A stretch of DNA of 64,000 nucleotides from Candidatus Schekmanbacteria bacterium (GTDB lineage: Bacteria > Schekmanbacteria > GWA2-38-11 > J061), in NCBI GenBank assembly GCA_016219965.1, contig JACRJM010000007.1, forward strand, positions 372,294 through 436,293, read 5' to 3'. The position numbers and the translations under genes are program-made. Positions within the stretch are counted from its first letter, which is position 1; each line of letters opens with the position of its first letter. The notes under the pieces are model-generated. The model did not search any database and had not been told where the DNA came from. It saw only the letters and a list, made by a program, of their open reading frames with translations. Shown here piece by piece: positions 1 through 9,988 of this stretch.

Positions 1-87
1 CCACGTCTTTGTAAAGAAGATGAAAGATTAAAATAATTCAAGTGTAAACCAGAGAGCCGCAGCTTTTAGTCTGCGGCATTTTATTTT

Positions 88-1260
88 ATGGGAAATGATA
101 ATCTATATCCTGTTTTTACAGCCGGCGTTTTCCTAAAACACCTTGAAGAACCGTACATCTACAACATATTAAATGACGAGCTTTACGAGATAAACGACGA
201 AGCGCTCGAATTTCTTATTAAATGTGATGGGATAACCCCCCTTTCCTCTCTTTCCTTCGATAATGAGTTCATGGATTACTGCTTAGAGGAAAAGCTTTTA
301 GAGCTAGCTGAAATCAGAATAGATAATCCAAAAAAACCGCCGGTCAGAAAGTCCCCTGTCCCGTCATTGAGATACCTTGAGCTTCAGATAACGGACAGGT
401 GTAACCTTGCCTGCCGCCATTGTTATCTTGGAGAGCCGAAAGGGAAAGAGCTTACGATTCAAAATATAAAGGATGTCTTCACACAGTTTGAAGAATTGCA
501 GGGACTCCGGATGATAGTCTCCGGCGGAGAGCCTATGCTTCACCGCGATTTTGCCATTATCAATGAAGAGATAAAAGGGCGCGCCTTCAGAGCTATACTT
601 CTTACTAACGGGACTATTATCAATGAAGAGAAAGCCAGGAATCTCAATTTCCAGGAGGTGCAGATAAGTCTCGACGGACTTGAAGAAGCACATGACCATC
701 TAAGGGGAAAAGGTAACTTTAAGAAAGCAGTTAAGGCTGCGAAAATTCTTATTGAAATGGGAATAGACGTCTCTGCGGCAACGATGATAACAAAGATGAA
801 CGCCAATGATTTCGAACCTTTGGAAGCTATGCTTAAAGATATGGGGGTAAAAGAGTGGGCTGTCGATGTGCCTGCAGGAACGGGTTTTGCGGCGGGAGGA
901 GGAGGTGATATCTTCTTGCCATCCAAAGAAGCTTCATTATATCTAAGATACGGATATGGAGGAGGGCTTTACCAGTCTACAGGGGAATATGCCTGCGGAG
1001 CCCACCTATGTGCGATAACACCTGACGGCAGCGTATGCAAATGCGGATTCTTCGCAGACAAGCCTGCCGGCAATATCAATGCTGACAGCCTTTCTGATTG
1101 CTGGGGCAGGATAGAGAAACAGAGATTCAGCGAGCTTGAATGCGGAAATTGCGAATATATTGCCGAGTGCCGCGGAGGATGCAGGTTCAGGGCAATGCTT
1201 GAGAGTTCCATGAATGCACCAGACAGTGTGAAATGCTTTGCGTATGGAATAAAAAAATAA
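88..1260 (+). CDS. Radical SAM/SPASM-domain peptide-modifying enzyme with N-terminal PqqD-like RRE (RiPP maturase-like)
   Basis: 390-aa ORF; CxxxCxxC cluster (DRCNLACRHCY); C-terminal SPASM-type Cys motifs (CGAHLC..CKCGFF and CGNCEYIAECRGGC); N-terminal ~85 aa (LYEINDEALEFLIKCDGITPL) resembles a PqqD/RRE peptide-binding domain. Confidence 0.8.
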   Translation: MGNDNLYPVFTAGVFLKHLEEPYIYNILNDELYEINDEALEFLIKCDGITPLSSLSFDNEFMDYCLEEKLLELAEIRIDNPKKPPVRKSPVPSLRYLELQITDRCNLACRHCYLGEPKGKELTIQNIKDVFTQFEELQGLRMIVSGGEPMLHRDFAIINEEIKGRAFRAILLTNGTIINEEKARNLNFQEVQISLDGLEEAHDHLRGKGNFKKAVKAAKILIEMGIDVSAATMITKMNANDFEPLEAMLKDMGVKEWAVDVPAGTGFAAGGGGDIFLPSKEASLYLRYGYGGGLYQSTGEYACGAHLCAITPDGSVCKCGFFADKPAGNINADSLSDCWGRIEKQRFSELECGNCEYIAECRGGCRFRAMLESSMNAPDSVKCFAYGIKK

Positions 1261-1476
1261 GTGGGAAAAGAATTTTCCCTTGATTTTTTTATAATGCGGA
1301 ATAACAATAAGGCCATTCGGCTCCATTTTAAAAACTTATTCGAATGCAGCATCCGAAAAGTGCATTTGAATTTATGGGAGGAGGTGATATTAAGTGAAGA
1401 TCAGAAAGATCGCAAAGTCAGCTTCTATTACCTGCAAATGTAAGTCATCTTGTTAGTATTAGATTTAATATAAAGA

Positions 1477-1516
1477 GGGGAAACATTGTAAACATATCGA
1501 TGTTTCCCTTTTTTTA
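1477..1516 (+). terminator. Intrinsic terminator hairpin
   Basis: GGGGAAACAT..ATGTTTCCC perfect inverted repeat followed by a T7 run; lies between the convergent rSAM and holB genes, A-rich on the 5' side so could act in both directions. Confidence 0.55.
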
Positions 1517-2884
1517 TAATGCCGCTGTCACATCAAGAAGGAAGTTTTCAAGGAGGAGTTCCTGATTTTCGTTTGATTGAAGCCGCTCTAATGCATCGCA
1601 TCCGTGGAAAAAAAGTTTATCAAGAGTGCCGACTGACAGCTCCCCAAAAGCTTTACTATGGATTATCTTATCCATGCTGACACAGAATTCCCCGTCAATA
1701 CCTGACTTATAAAATATAAGGTCTCTGATTATCCTTAAAAATATCTCCATAAAGTTTCTTATTTTTTGAATCTCATATCCCCGCGATGCATCAAGAATCC
1801 CTTGTTCAAAAAGCGGGAAACATATAAAGTTCGAGAGCTTGCTTTCCCCGCTTAGCAGAGCTTCGATGAAATCCCTGACTGCGGAATAACTCGCGTAATC
1901 AAATGACAGCGCATTGGCAGGACTTCCGGAAGACAAAATTGCAGCTGAAAATGAGTGCTCTTCCTGCAAAGAGGCTGATGCTGATAAAAACTCTTTAATC
2001 TCTCCGCTCTTTAAAGGAGCAAACCTCACTGTCTCGCATCTCGATCTTATAGTCTGAAGGATAGCTGCCGGCTTCGAAGTGACAAGGATTAAGATCGAAT
2101 CAGGCGGAGGCTCTTCAAGTGTTTTAAGAAAACAGTCCGCAGCTTCCTCGGTCATCCTGTGTGCGTTATCAATGATGAAGACCTTTTTCCTGCTCTCTAC
2201 AGGCTTCATATAAATATCGCTTATTATCCCTCTCACACTCTCTCCGATACCGCTCTCTCCGATCTTTAAGCTGTTGGAGTAGAATAAAGCAGAGCTTGAA
2301 ACAAGATAGCGGAAAACAGAGTTTGCTGTCTGATTCCGGCTCAATAATTTCTGCTGGATCGCCGCCATTACCTCGTACTCAATGTAGTAGCCCTGCTTTA
2401 CCTTGTCCGAGGAGAATATTTCATCCCTGTTCAGATAAACAGCGTCAAGTGCCCCGCCTCCCTTCCCTTCGGAAAGCCTTAAAGACAGGATATTCTCTTC
2501 TTCAAGAATTCTGAGAGCATTTAAATATTCTTCTTCTGAATCTTCGCGAGGGATAAGACTTCCGCCAAAAAGAACCTCCATCACTGAACCCCGTCTTAAA
2601 TAGATGGGGTCATTGATATCCTTGAATACCTTGATGTCAGGGTGAAAGAAATGTGGAGTTCCAAGTTTAACGCAACTGCTGCACGAGCAGCACGGATCTG
2701 CCCCTTTTCTATCAATGCAGTTTAGCGCCTTTGCAAAAACAATGGCCGCAAGTTTTTTACCTACGCCTTCGGGACCGGCAAAAAGAAAGGCATGAGGAAG
2801 CCTGTCTTTTTTTATCACCCTTTTTAAGAGTTCAAGGGCTCTGTCCTGCCCTATGATGGCGCTAAAATCCATTTCCTTAATCAT
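1514..2884 (-). CDS. holB: DNA polymerase III delta-prime subunit (clamp-loader AAA+)
   Basis: Walker A GPEGVGKK; zinc module CCSCSSC; VFIIDNAHRMTEEAADCFLKTLEEPP box; start placed at MIKEMDF (ORF-track start 2962 would overlap holA); unusually long for HolB (~456 aa). Confidence 0.7.
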   Translation of the reverse strand: MIKEMDFSAIIGQDRALELLKRVIKKDRLPHAFLFAGPEGVGKKLAAIVFAKALNCIDRKGADPCCSCSSCVKLGTPHFFHPDIKVFKDINDPIYLRRGSVMEVLFGGSLIPREDSEEEYLNALRILEEENILSLRLSEGKGGGALDAVYLNRDEIFSSDKVKQGYYIEYEVMAAIQQKLLSRNQTANSVFRYLVSSSALFYSNSLKIGESGIGESVRGIISDIYMKPVESRKKVFIIDNAHRMTEEAADCFLKTLEEPPPDSILILVTSKPAAILQTIRSRCETVRFAPLKSGEIKEFLSASASLQEEHSFSAAILSSGSPANALSFDYASYSAVRDFIEALLSGESKLSNFICFPLFEQGILDASRGYEIQKIRNFMEIFLRIIRDLIFYKSGIDGEFCVSMDKIIHSKAFGELSVGTLDKLFFHGCDALERLQSNENQELLLENFLLDVTAAL

Positions 2885-3987
2885 AATGAGACCAATGACA
2901 GGATAAGTTTCTCCACTATAATACCCTTTGACATACCGAAAGATTTCAATTCCACGTCGCATTCTCTAAGCACCCTGATTGCCTTAGCTGCAGACTGGGG
3001 AGAAAAATTCAATGCCGCAAGCATGAGGTTAAAAACATAAAATGGATGCCCTGAGATGAGATTCGCCTTCCCTGAGAGATAACTTTCATTGAAGGAACGG
3101 ATAAGAGGATGAATGCTTTTCATAAACATATCGTAGTTTATATTCCCTTTGGGTTTTCTGAATTCCATTTTTTCCATGAAATCATAGAACTGCAGAAATG
3201 AATGGAACCTCCTTGAAATCATATAAACGATTTGCATTTCTTCTTCGCCGCTTCTTACGAGCGCCCTGAAAAGCTCGACAGAGCGTCCTGCCTCTTTTCT
3301 ACCTATGGAATCTAAAAGTTCAAAAACCACGGTACTTTTGTTGGAAGTAACTATGCGCTCTACATCAGCTAAGGTTACTCTTACCCCCTTTCCGGAAGAA
3401 AGAGTGAGCATCAGCTTATCTGCCTCTATCCTTGTCTTGTAATAATCAAAATCGCTTTTGATGATAAGCTGCCTTAAGGCATCACTGTTTATTGAAAATC
3501 CCTTTTCTGAAAAATATCCGTTAAGTATCTGGGGAAGTTCGGAATCACTGATCTTGGTTTCCTTTGCAAATTCGAGCAGTTCCCAGCTCTTCTTAATCTG
3601 CTTATAAAAAGTTGTTCTTTTGTCCGGAACATCTTCCGGTATCACTATAAGAAAATTCCCTTCAGGAATTCCCGTTTCAATAGAGCTGGAAAACATTTTG
3701 AGATGCCTCTCCTCAATATTCTTCATGTCCCAGTCAATGAGGGCTAATATCTTGTTCCCCGGGAAAAAAGGGCGTGTCATGATGTTTGAGATTATATCCG
3801 GGACAGCAGGATGATTTTCTCCGTAAGATTCAAGGTTTGTATCAGGGGAGCCATCCTTCAGCAAGGCATCGCAAATAATCTTAAAAGCCTCCTTCTTCAA
3901 TCCTCTGTCGTCTCCCCCAATCAATATCAGAGGATTGGCTTTCCCCTCTGATATTTTTTTAATGAGGCTTTCAATGCCGGGTATCAA
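2881..3987 (-). CDS. holA: DNA polymerase III delta subunit (putative)
   Basis: 368-aa ORF immediately upstream of and co-directional with holB; N-terminal PLILIGGDDRGL pattern typical of delta subunits; assignment by context and weak motif. Confidence 0.5.
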   Translation of the reverse strand: MIPGIESLIKKISEGKANPLILIGGDDRGLKKEAFKIICDALLKDGSPDTNLESYGENHPAVPDIISNIMTRPFFPGNKILALIDWDMKNIEERHLKMFSSSIETGIPEGNFLIVIPEDVPDKRTTFYKQIKKSWELLEFAKETKISDSELPQILNGYFSEKGFSINSDALRQLIIKSDFDYYKTRIEADKLMLTLSSGKGVRVTLADVERIVTSNKSTVVFELLDSIGRKEAGRSVELFRALVRSGEEEMQIVYMISRRFHSFLQFYDFMEKMEFRKPKGNINYDMFMKSIHPLIRSFNESYLSGKANLISGHPFYVFNLMLAALNFSPQSAAKAIRVLRECDVELKSFGMSKGIIVEKLILSLVSL

Positions 3988-4136
3988 GTTAATTTCTCCC
4001 TATCTCTGCTTTTCATGTATTAGATTTTCAATTAATAACCGAGTTCTTTTAATTTGACAAGAAAGCATAACGGATTGTAGCATATTTTAATCATTAAACT
4101 ATTGGTAACATCAGGCTAACTTATAAGGCTTAAAAT

Positions 4137-5885
4137 ATGCGGATGATACGTGTCGGTGCAGCGCAGATAAATACAACTGTAGGGGACCTTGCCGGGAATA
4201 CGTCTAAGATGACGGAAATCATAAAAAAGGCCAAGGACTTATCTATTGATATTCTGACATTCCCCGAGCTTGCAATCACAGGCTACCCTCCCAAAGACCT
4301 TCTGCTCAAGAGAAAGTTCATTCAGGACAATATCCAGATGCTTGATAAAATATGTAATGCCTCAAAAGGGATCATAGTCATTGCCGGATTCGTTAACGAG
4401 GAAAATGACATTTTCAACTCCGCTGCAGTCATACAGAACGGAAAGATAGTCGGCATCCAGAACAAGATACACCTTCCTAATTACAGTGTCTTTGATGAAA
4501 AAAGATATTTCAGGAGCGGAAAGGAAAGCCTGCTTTTTAAAGGAAAGAACATGACCTTCGGCGTCAACATCTGTGAAGATATATGGATTCCCGGATACCC
4601 GACTGAAAACCAGGCAAGTTCCGGAGCCGAGCTTATAATCAACATATCGGCTTCCCCTTATCATGTCGGCAAACCTGCGTTCAGGGAGGAAATGCTTAAG
4701 ACACGATGCACTGACAACATTGTCGCCCTTGTGTTCAACAATCTTGTAGGGGGACAGGACGACCTTGTATTTGACGGGCGAAGCATGATCATAAACTGCA
4801 AAGGGGAAATCCTCAGGAGAGGAAAGCTTTTTGAGGAAGACCTTATAATGTCTGACATAAACCTTGATGACATAAAAAGGATGAGGCTCCAGGACCCGAG
4901 GGGAAGGGAAGAACTCATGACTCCCGATGAGCATAAAGTAACGATAGTAAATATTGACGGGAAAATTTCTTCAGCAAAACAGAAGAAGAGAATCAGAGTG
5001 AACAGCAAGGCAGAGAAGGCATCTGGAAACAAGATCAGCCGCGCTGAGGAAATCTACAAAGCACTGGTCCTGGGAGTAAGCGATTATCTCAGAAAAAACG
5101 GTTTCAAACAGGTAATCCTGGGATTGAGCGGCGGGATAGATTCTTCGCTTGTAGCGACTATTGCCGTTGACGCACTTGGCAAAGAAAATGTCATTGGGAT
5201 CGCAATGCCGACTTCCATATCCTCATCACACAGCATTGAAGATGCGCGCCATCTTGCAAAGAACCTCTCCATAAGATTCGAGGTGGTTCCAATACAGTCT
5301 GTCTTTGATGAATACACAGAGATACTTTCCCCGCTTTTCAAGGGACGCAAATGGGATGTAGCTGAAGAAAACATCCAGGCAAGGATAAGAGGAAACATAC
5401 TGATGGCTCTTTCCAATAAATTCGGATACCTGCTGCTCACAACAGGGAACAAGTCTGAGCTGAGCGTCGGCTATGCGACACTTTACGGTGACATGGCAGG
5501 TGGCCTTGCCGTAATATCCGATGTCCCGAAAACATGGGTATATGAACTTGCAAGGTACAGGAACTCAGTTGCAGGAAAATCGCTCATCCCTGAAAGGTGC
5601 ATCACAAAACCACCTTCAGCAGAGCTTCGGCCAAATCAGAAAGACACGGATTCTCTTCCCGAGTACGAAATCCTGGATCAGATACTTCATCTTTATATTG
5701 AAGAGGACAACAGCCTTGAAGAGATAGTACGCCGGGGGATTGATGAAAAAACCGCACGCGATATGATACAGAGGATAGACGGGAATGAATACAAGAGACA
5801 GCAGGCCCCTCCGGGCATAAGGATAACAACAAAGGCTTTCGGTTCTGGAAGAAGGATACCAATCACTAACAAGTACAGAGGTTAA
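4137..5885 (+). CDS. nadE: Glutamine-dependent NAD+ synthetase
   Basis: N-terminal nitrilase/CN-hydrolase domain fused to C-terminal NAD synthetase with PP-loop LGLSGGIDSS. Confidence 0.9.
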   Translation: MRMIRVGAAQINTTVGDLAGNTSKMTEIIKKAKDLSIDILTFPELAITGYPPKDLLLKRKFIQDNIQMLDKICNASKGIIVIAGFVNEENDIFNSAAVIQNGKIVGIQNKIHLPNYSVFDEKRYFRSGKESLLFKGKNMTFGVNICEDIWIPGYPTENQASSGAELIINISASPYHVGKPAFREEMLKTRCTDNIVALVFNNLVGGQDDLVFDGRSMIINCKGEILRRGKLFEEDLIMSDINLDDIKRMRLQDPRGREELMTPDEHKVTIVNIDGKISSAKQKKRIRVNSKAEKASGNKISRAEEIYKALVLGVSDYLRKNGFKQVILGLSGGIDSSLVATIAVDALGKENVIGIAMPTSISSSHSIEDARHLAKNLSIRFEVVPIQSVFDEYTEILSPLFKGRKWDVAEENIQARIRGNILMALSNKFGYLLLTTGNKSELSVGYATLYGDMAGGLAVISDVPKTWVYELARYRNSVAGKSLIPERCITKPPSAELRPNQKDTDSLPEYEILDQILHLYIEEDNSLEEIVRRGIDEKTARDMIQRIDGNEYKRQQAPPGIRITTKAFGSGRRIPITNKYRG

Positions 5886-8518
5886 GCTGAAAGGCTTAAA
5901 GGTGGCGTCGTCTGCTTATGGCATATTTTTAAAAACTCATCGAAATCCACACGTTCTGTCATTTTTGAATATGTGATATTAATCTTTTCCTCGACATCCC
6001 TGTCCTTCACGATAACAGGCCTGCGGGCAAATGTTTCAAGGTAAAGATCAACATGCCCTTTGTCGCGTGTTATCACTACTTCAACGTACTTGGCTGAATA
6101 GCGTAATTTCAAACGCATAATATAGAATACAAGGACTTCGATAAAATCACCCGCCTCTATTGCAGAATCAGGAAGACCGCAAAACCTGCGGTTGTCTATG
6201 TAGTTGTCATAGAGGTCTTTAAATAAATCAAACTCATCTTCAACAGCAGAAGTTTTAATTCTGAGCCTGAAAACTTCCATGCCTGTTCCATCAGGAACTG
6301 ATGCATATGCCGGAGCTGATACGTCTGCCGGAACAGATGTAATAGGCTCTGTCTTATTTTTTCCTGCCTGAGCTTCAGATGAGATTGAAACCGGTTTGCT
6401 GATATTTGCTGCTGGAATATTCTTATTCACTCCGTATGTCTCAACATATTCACTGTTGCAAACTTCGATGAGCTGATCCAGCGTGCGTGCTTTATACTTA
6501 TCAGACTCCATCTGGAAAACTACCCTGTTAATTTCTTTAAGGGTCGTAATACCTTTAAGCGATTTGTAAATCCCATCTTCCCTCAGTGAAATGAGTTCCG
6601 CCGCCTGCCTTGCAATATGCCTGATTTCAGATGAAGGCATTCTTTGAAGAATCGCATCTCTAATCGAGTCATTCAAAACAAGAAGTTCATGGATGGCAGT
6701 CCTTCCCTTGAATCCGGTATGATTGCATTTATCGCAACCTTTTCCTTTGTAAAATTTATGATTCTGTGCATCATCGGGTGATATGTGGAAGGAAGCCAGC
6801 ACTTCAGGATCCAGATCGGTATCTTCCACCTTGCAGTATCCGCATATTGTTCTTACAAGGCGCTGGGACATAACTGACACTATTGTTGATGAAATAAGAA
6901 ATGTCTCAATACCCATATCCATGAGCCTCAGCAGTGCGCTTGTACTGTCATCGGTATGGAAGGACGAGAGGACCTTATGTCCTGTCAGCGCTGCCTGGAT
7001 AGTTGCCTCGGCAGCCACTTTATCGCGCACCTCGCCAACCATCAGCACATCCGGGTCCTGCCTCATCATGGATTTTAAGAAATCCATATAGCTCATACCG
7101 AGTTTTGGATCCAGTTTTCCCTGAACAACCCCATCAATCATATACTCAACAGGGTCTTCAACAGTGATGATAGAGTAATTTTTTTTGTTCAGATAGCAGA
7201 GAACAGCATAAAGACTTGTCGTCTTACCCGAACCTGTAGGCCCTGTTGCAAGAATAACACCTGTAGGAGAATCGACAATCTTCCTGAACCTTGAGAGATT
7301 GATAGGCGAAAGCCCCAGGCTCTCTATATCAATTAATGACGACTGCCTGTGGAGTATCCTGATGACAATGGTTTCGCCATAGACTGAAGCGTAAGTTGAA
7401 ACCCTGAGGTCTATCTCTTTACCCATTACGTTTGCATATATCTTCCCATCCTGGTGCCGCCTTTTTTCAGAGATATCAAGCTGGCATACGGCTTTTATTC
7501 TTGAAGCCACGTTGGGAGCAATGCTGGAAGGCAAATCTGTTTTATGTACCATTACACCGTCAATCCTGTATCTTATTCTTAACCTGTTCTGCTGGGGCTC
7601 AATGTGAATATCGCTTGCACCCTCTTTTACTCCATTGGATATTATATAATTTACGACTGAAACTATTTTATCATCTCCCCTGCTCAAATCCACATTACCT
7701 ATTGTAAGCTGGCTCTTGCTTAAAGATGATGATTCACTGCCGTTAAAAGAGCCCAAGTCTTTAAGATGTACTTTCTCATAGACATTCTTTATGGCAAAAA
7801 GGATCTCTTCTTTTGAAGCTATTCCTACTATGACATTATCTTTGATTGTAGACTTAATGCTGATTATTAAATTTTCATCAAGCGGGTCAGCCATCGCAAT
7901 AGTAACATTGTTCTCATCGTTAAAAACAGGGATGAAGTAGTTTGTTTCGAGGAACTTCCTATTAAAACTGTTTAACAGCGATGCCTCTATAAGAAGCGGG
8001 TCTGGTTTTATCCTTGGGATATCGAGCTGATGGCTTAAAGCCATGATAAGGTTTTCTTCGTTTATACATCCCATCTCAACCAGTGTCTCTCCGAGCTTCT
8101 TATTAAGAACCTTCTGCTTTTGAAGTGCCTCCCCAACCTGTTTTTCATTGATGAGACCCATTGAAGTGAAAAGCTCACCTATTCTCATCTCCTTGCCATA
8201 TTGCTTTATGATGTTCTTGAGCTCATGCCTTGTAATAAGACCTTCAGCAATACATATCTCTCCAATGGGGAGATGTTCAGTAGATTCTTTTTGAAGGATA
8301 AGAAGCCTTTGAAGCTCTTCTTCTTTAATTATCTTTTCCTTTACCAGAATCTCGCCAAGTTTTAGCTTTGTCTTTGCAGGAACCATCTGTTTACATGCCT
8401 TGCCATAAAAAAATTGTGAGAACGTTTCTTCGTCACCACGCGCTCTAATATTAACATATCTAACATAACTATCATCTCTGTTAATGAAACAATTATCCAA
8501 TTCCATAAGACTTGACAA
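5882..8518 (-). CDS. GspE/PilB-family secretion ATPase with four N-terminal T2SSE_N-like repeats and a ~200-aa C-terminal extension
   Basis: Walker A GPTGSGKTT; tetracysteine CGYC..CDKC motif; four tandem LGE(I/L)..(E/Q)..L repeats at the N-terminus; extra C-terminal region of unknown function; true start may be an internal Met. Confidence 0.8.
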   Translation of the reverse strand: MSSLMELDNCFINRDDSYVRYVNIRARGDEETFSQFFYGKACKQMVPAKTKLKLGEILVKEKIIKEEELQRLLILQKESTEHLPIGEICIAEGLITRHELKNIIKQYGKEMRIGELFTSMGLINEKQVGEALQKQKVLNKKLGETLVEMGCINEENLIMALSHQLDIPRIKPDPLLIEASLLNSFNRKFLETNYFIPVFNDENNVTIAMADPLDENLIISIKSTIKDNVIVGIASKEEILFAIKNVYEKVHLKDLGSFNGSESSSLSKSQLTIGNVDLSRGDDKIVSVVNYIISNGVKEGASDIHIEPQQNRLRIRYRIDGVMVHKTDLPSSIAPNVASRIKAVCQLDISEKRRHQDGKIYANVMGKEIDLRVSTYASVYGETIVIRILHRQSSLIDIESLGLSPINLSRFRKIVDSPTGVILATGPTGSGKTTSLYAVLCYLNKKNYSIITVEDPVEYMIDGVVQGKLDPKLGMSYMDFLKSMMRQDPDVLMVGEVRDKVAAEATIQAALTGHKVLSSFHTDDSTSALLRLMDMGIETFLISSTIVSVMSQRLVRTICGYCKVEDTDLDPEVLASFHISPDDAQNHKFYKGKGCDKCNHTGFKGRTAIHELLVLNDSIRDAILQRMPSSEIRHIARQAAELISLREDGIYKSLKGITTLKEINRVVFQMESDKYKARTLDQLIEVCNSEYVETYGVNKNIPAANISKPVSISSEAQAGKNKTEPITSVPADVSAPAYASVPDGTGMEVFRLRIKTSAVEDEFDLFKDLYDNYIDNRRFCGLPDSAIEAGDFIEVLVFYIMRLKLRYSAKYVEVVITRDKGHVDLYLETFARRPVIVKDRDVEEKINITYSKMTERVDFDEFLKICHKQTTPPLSLSA

Positions 8519-8566
8519 TCTCCCCGCTATTGCCGGAATATGTGCTGATTTTTTAATAGGTTAACA

Positions 8567-9985
8567 ATGGCTAATATGAGACAAAAACTTTCATCACTGC
8601 ATATTGTCACAATCCTTATCGGGTGTGTCTATATCTGTTATTTCATCCTGAAAATCAGTATGTTTGCTCAACATTCAGAATCGATAAAATACGCTTTTGC
8701 CATTAAAGAGTTTCATAAAAACATTGTAAGCTTTACCTTATTTCCCAAATGGGCTTCAGGGTTTGGGAATGGCTATGGCTATCCTCTTTTTATATTCAGC
8801 CCTCCGCTTTTCTTTTTTTTAGCTGAGCCCTTCGCCTTAAGCGGGATAAGTCCATTCTCATTATTGAATATTATTTCTGTGCTCACCGTCTTTTGCTGCG
8901 CCATTTCCATGTTCAGACTTTCTGAAGATGTTTCTGGCATAAGAGGAGGGCTTATATCATCATTAATCTACCTCTTTTCCCCATCTCTCATATCAATACT
9001 TTTTAACCGCAATAATTTTGATGATATTTACTCTTTTCTCTTCCTCCCATTGTCATGCTGCATAGCTGGAAAATCATACAAAATAGAAGAAGCGGATTTA
9101 TCAATTAATACAAAACATTTTATAAAGTTATCTTTCTGCTGCTCTCTTCTATTTCTTTCATCAAAACCGACTTTTATGATGACTTTGTCATTGCTCTTAT
9201 ACTCACTATTTTATCATTTTATAGTCTGTAAAAATAAGAGGCCGTTGAGATTCTTATTAATCAATTCAGGAGGCATATTTACAGGGCTCTGGCTTTCTGC
9301 ATTTTTCTGGTTCCAGGCAGCATTGGAAGCTAAATATATCTATGGGAATGACTCTGAAGGCAATATTTTTCTTCCTCTGATTTTACCGGCTTCTTTTTTC
9401 ATCTCATTCCTGGCAGGACTGCTGTTTAAAGATAAATCCTACAATAAGCCTTATAAATTGAGGCTTCTCACAATCATATCTGTTCTGATTATTTTTATTG
9501 GAGGAGCATGGAATATTTCTGACAATATAAACAATATCAAAGAAACTACAGAAATCTACGAATGGCAGGACACACTTCCCTATTCCGTAGGGCAGGAATA
9601 CATGCCCATAGGGGTTAAGAAGATGCCGGACAATGAACCGCGAGTGCCTCTTGAAACGATCTCCGGGAAATTAGGAGTGCTAAGGAAAGAGATATCCCCG
9701 TCAGAAAGGGGGATAAGGGTAAAGGCAGTAGCTGGAAGTGCAACAGTACGTCTTAATTTATTTTACTTCCCAGGATGGACTCTTAAGATAAAAGATATTG
9801 AACCGGTACCGGTCCCCTTCACCGTCGATGACACCGGAAGAATAATCGCTAAACTTCCAGAAGGTGTTAATTTTCTGAGAGTGACTTTTGATCCCACCAT
9901 TGCAAGGATTGCAGGAGAGCTCATATCATTTACAGGGCTACTCTTCTGCCTCTTCCTGTTCATTTACAAAAAAGAGAAAAAATAA
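8567..9985 (+). CDS. Polytopic integral membrane protein with C-terminal soluble domain (possible membrane glycosyltransferase/polymerase)
   Basis: 472-aa ORF, many hydrophobic segments, adjacent to the glycosyltransferase cluster; no diagnostic motif recognised. Confidence 0.45.
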   Translation: MANMRQKLSSLHIVTILIGCVYICYFILKISMFAQHSESIKYAFAIKEFHKNIVSFTLFPKWASGFGNGYGYPLFIFSPPLFFFLAEPFALSGISPFSLLNIISVLTVFCCAISMFRLSEDVSGIRGGLISSLIYLFSPSLISILFNRNNFDDIYSFLFLPLSCCIAGKSYKIEEADLSINTKHFIKLSFCCSLLFLSSKPTFMMTLSLLLYSLFYHFIVCKNKRPLRFLLINSGGIFTGLWLSAFFWFQAALEAKYIYGNDSEGNIFLPLILPASFFISFLAGLLFKDKSYNKPYKLRLLTIISVLIIFIGGAWNISDNINNIKETTEIYEWQDTLPYSVGQEYMPIGVKKMPDNEPRVPLETISGKLGVLRKEISPSERGIRVKAVAGSATVRLNLFYFPGWTLKIKDIEPVPVPFTVDDTGRIIAKLPEGVNFLRVTFDPTIARIAGELISFTGLLFCLFLFIYKKEKK

Positions 9986-9988
9986 AGG

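Noticed and set aside
364-1352. Antisense ORFs inside the radical SAM gene (and similar antisense ORFs inside nadE, ppdK, glyS, lysS and others)
   Set aside because: They lie wholly within well-supported genes on the opposite strand and have no independent motif or RBS support.
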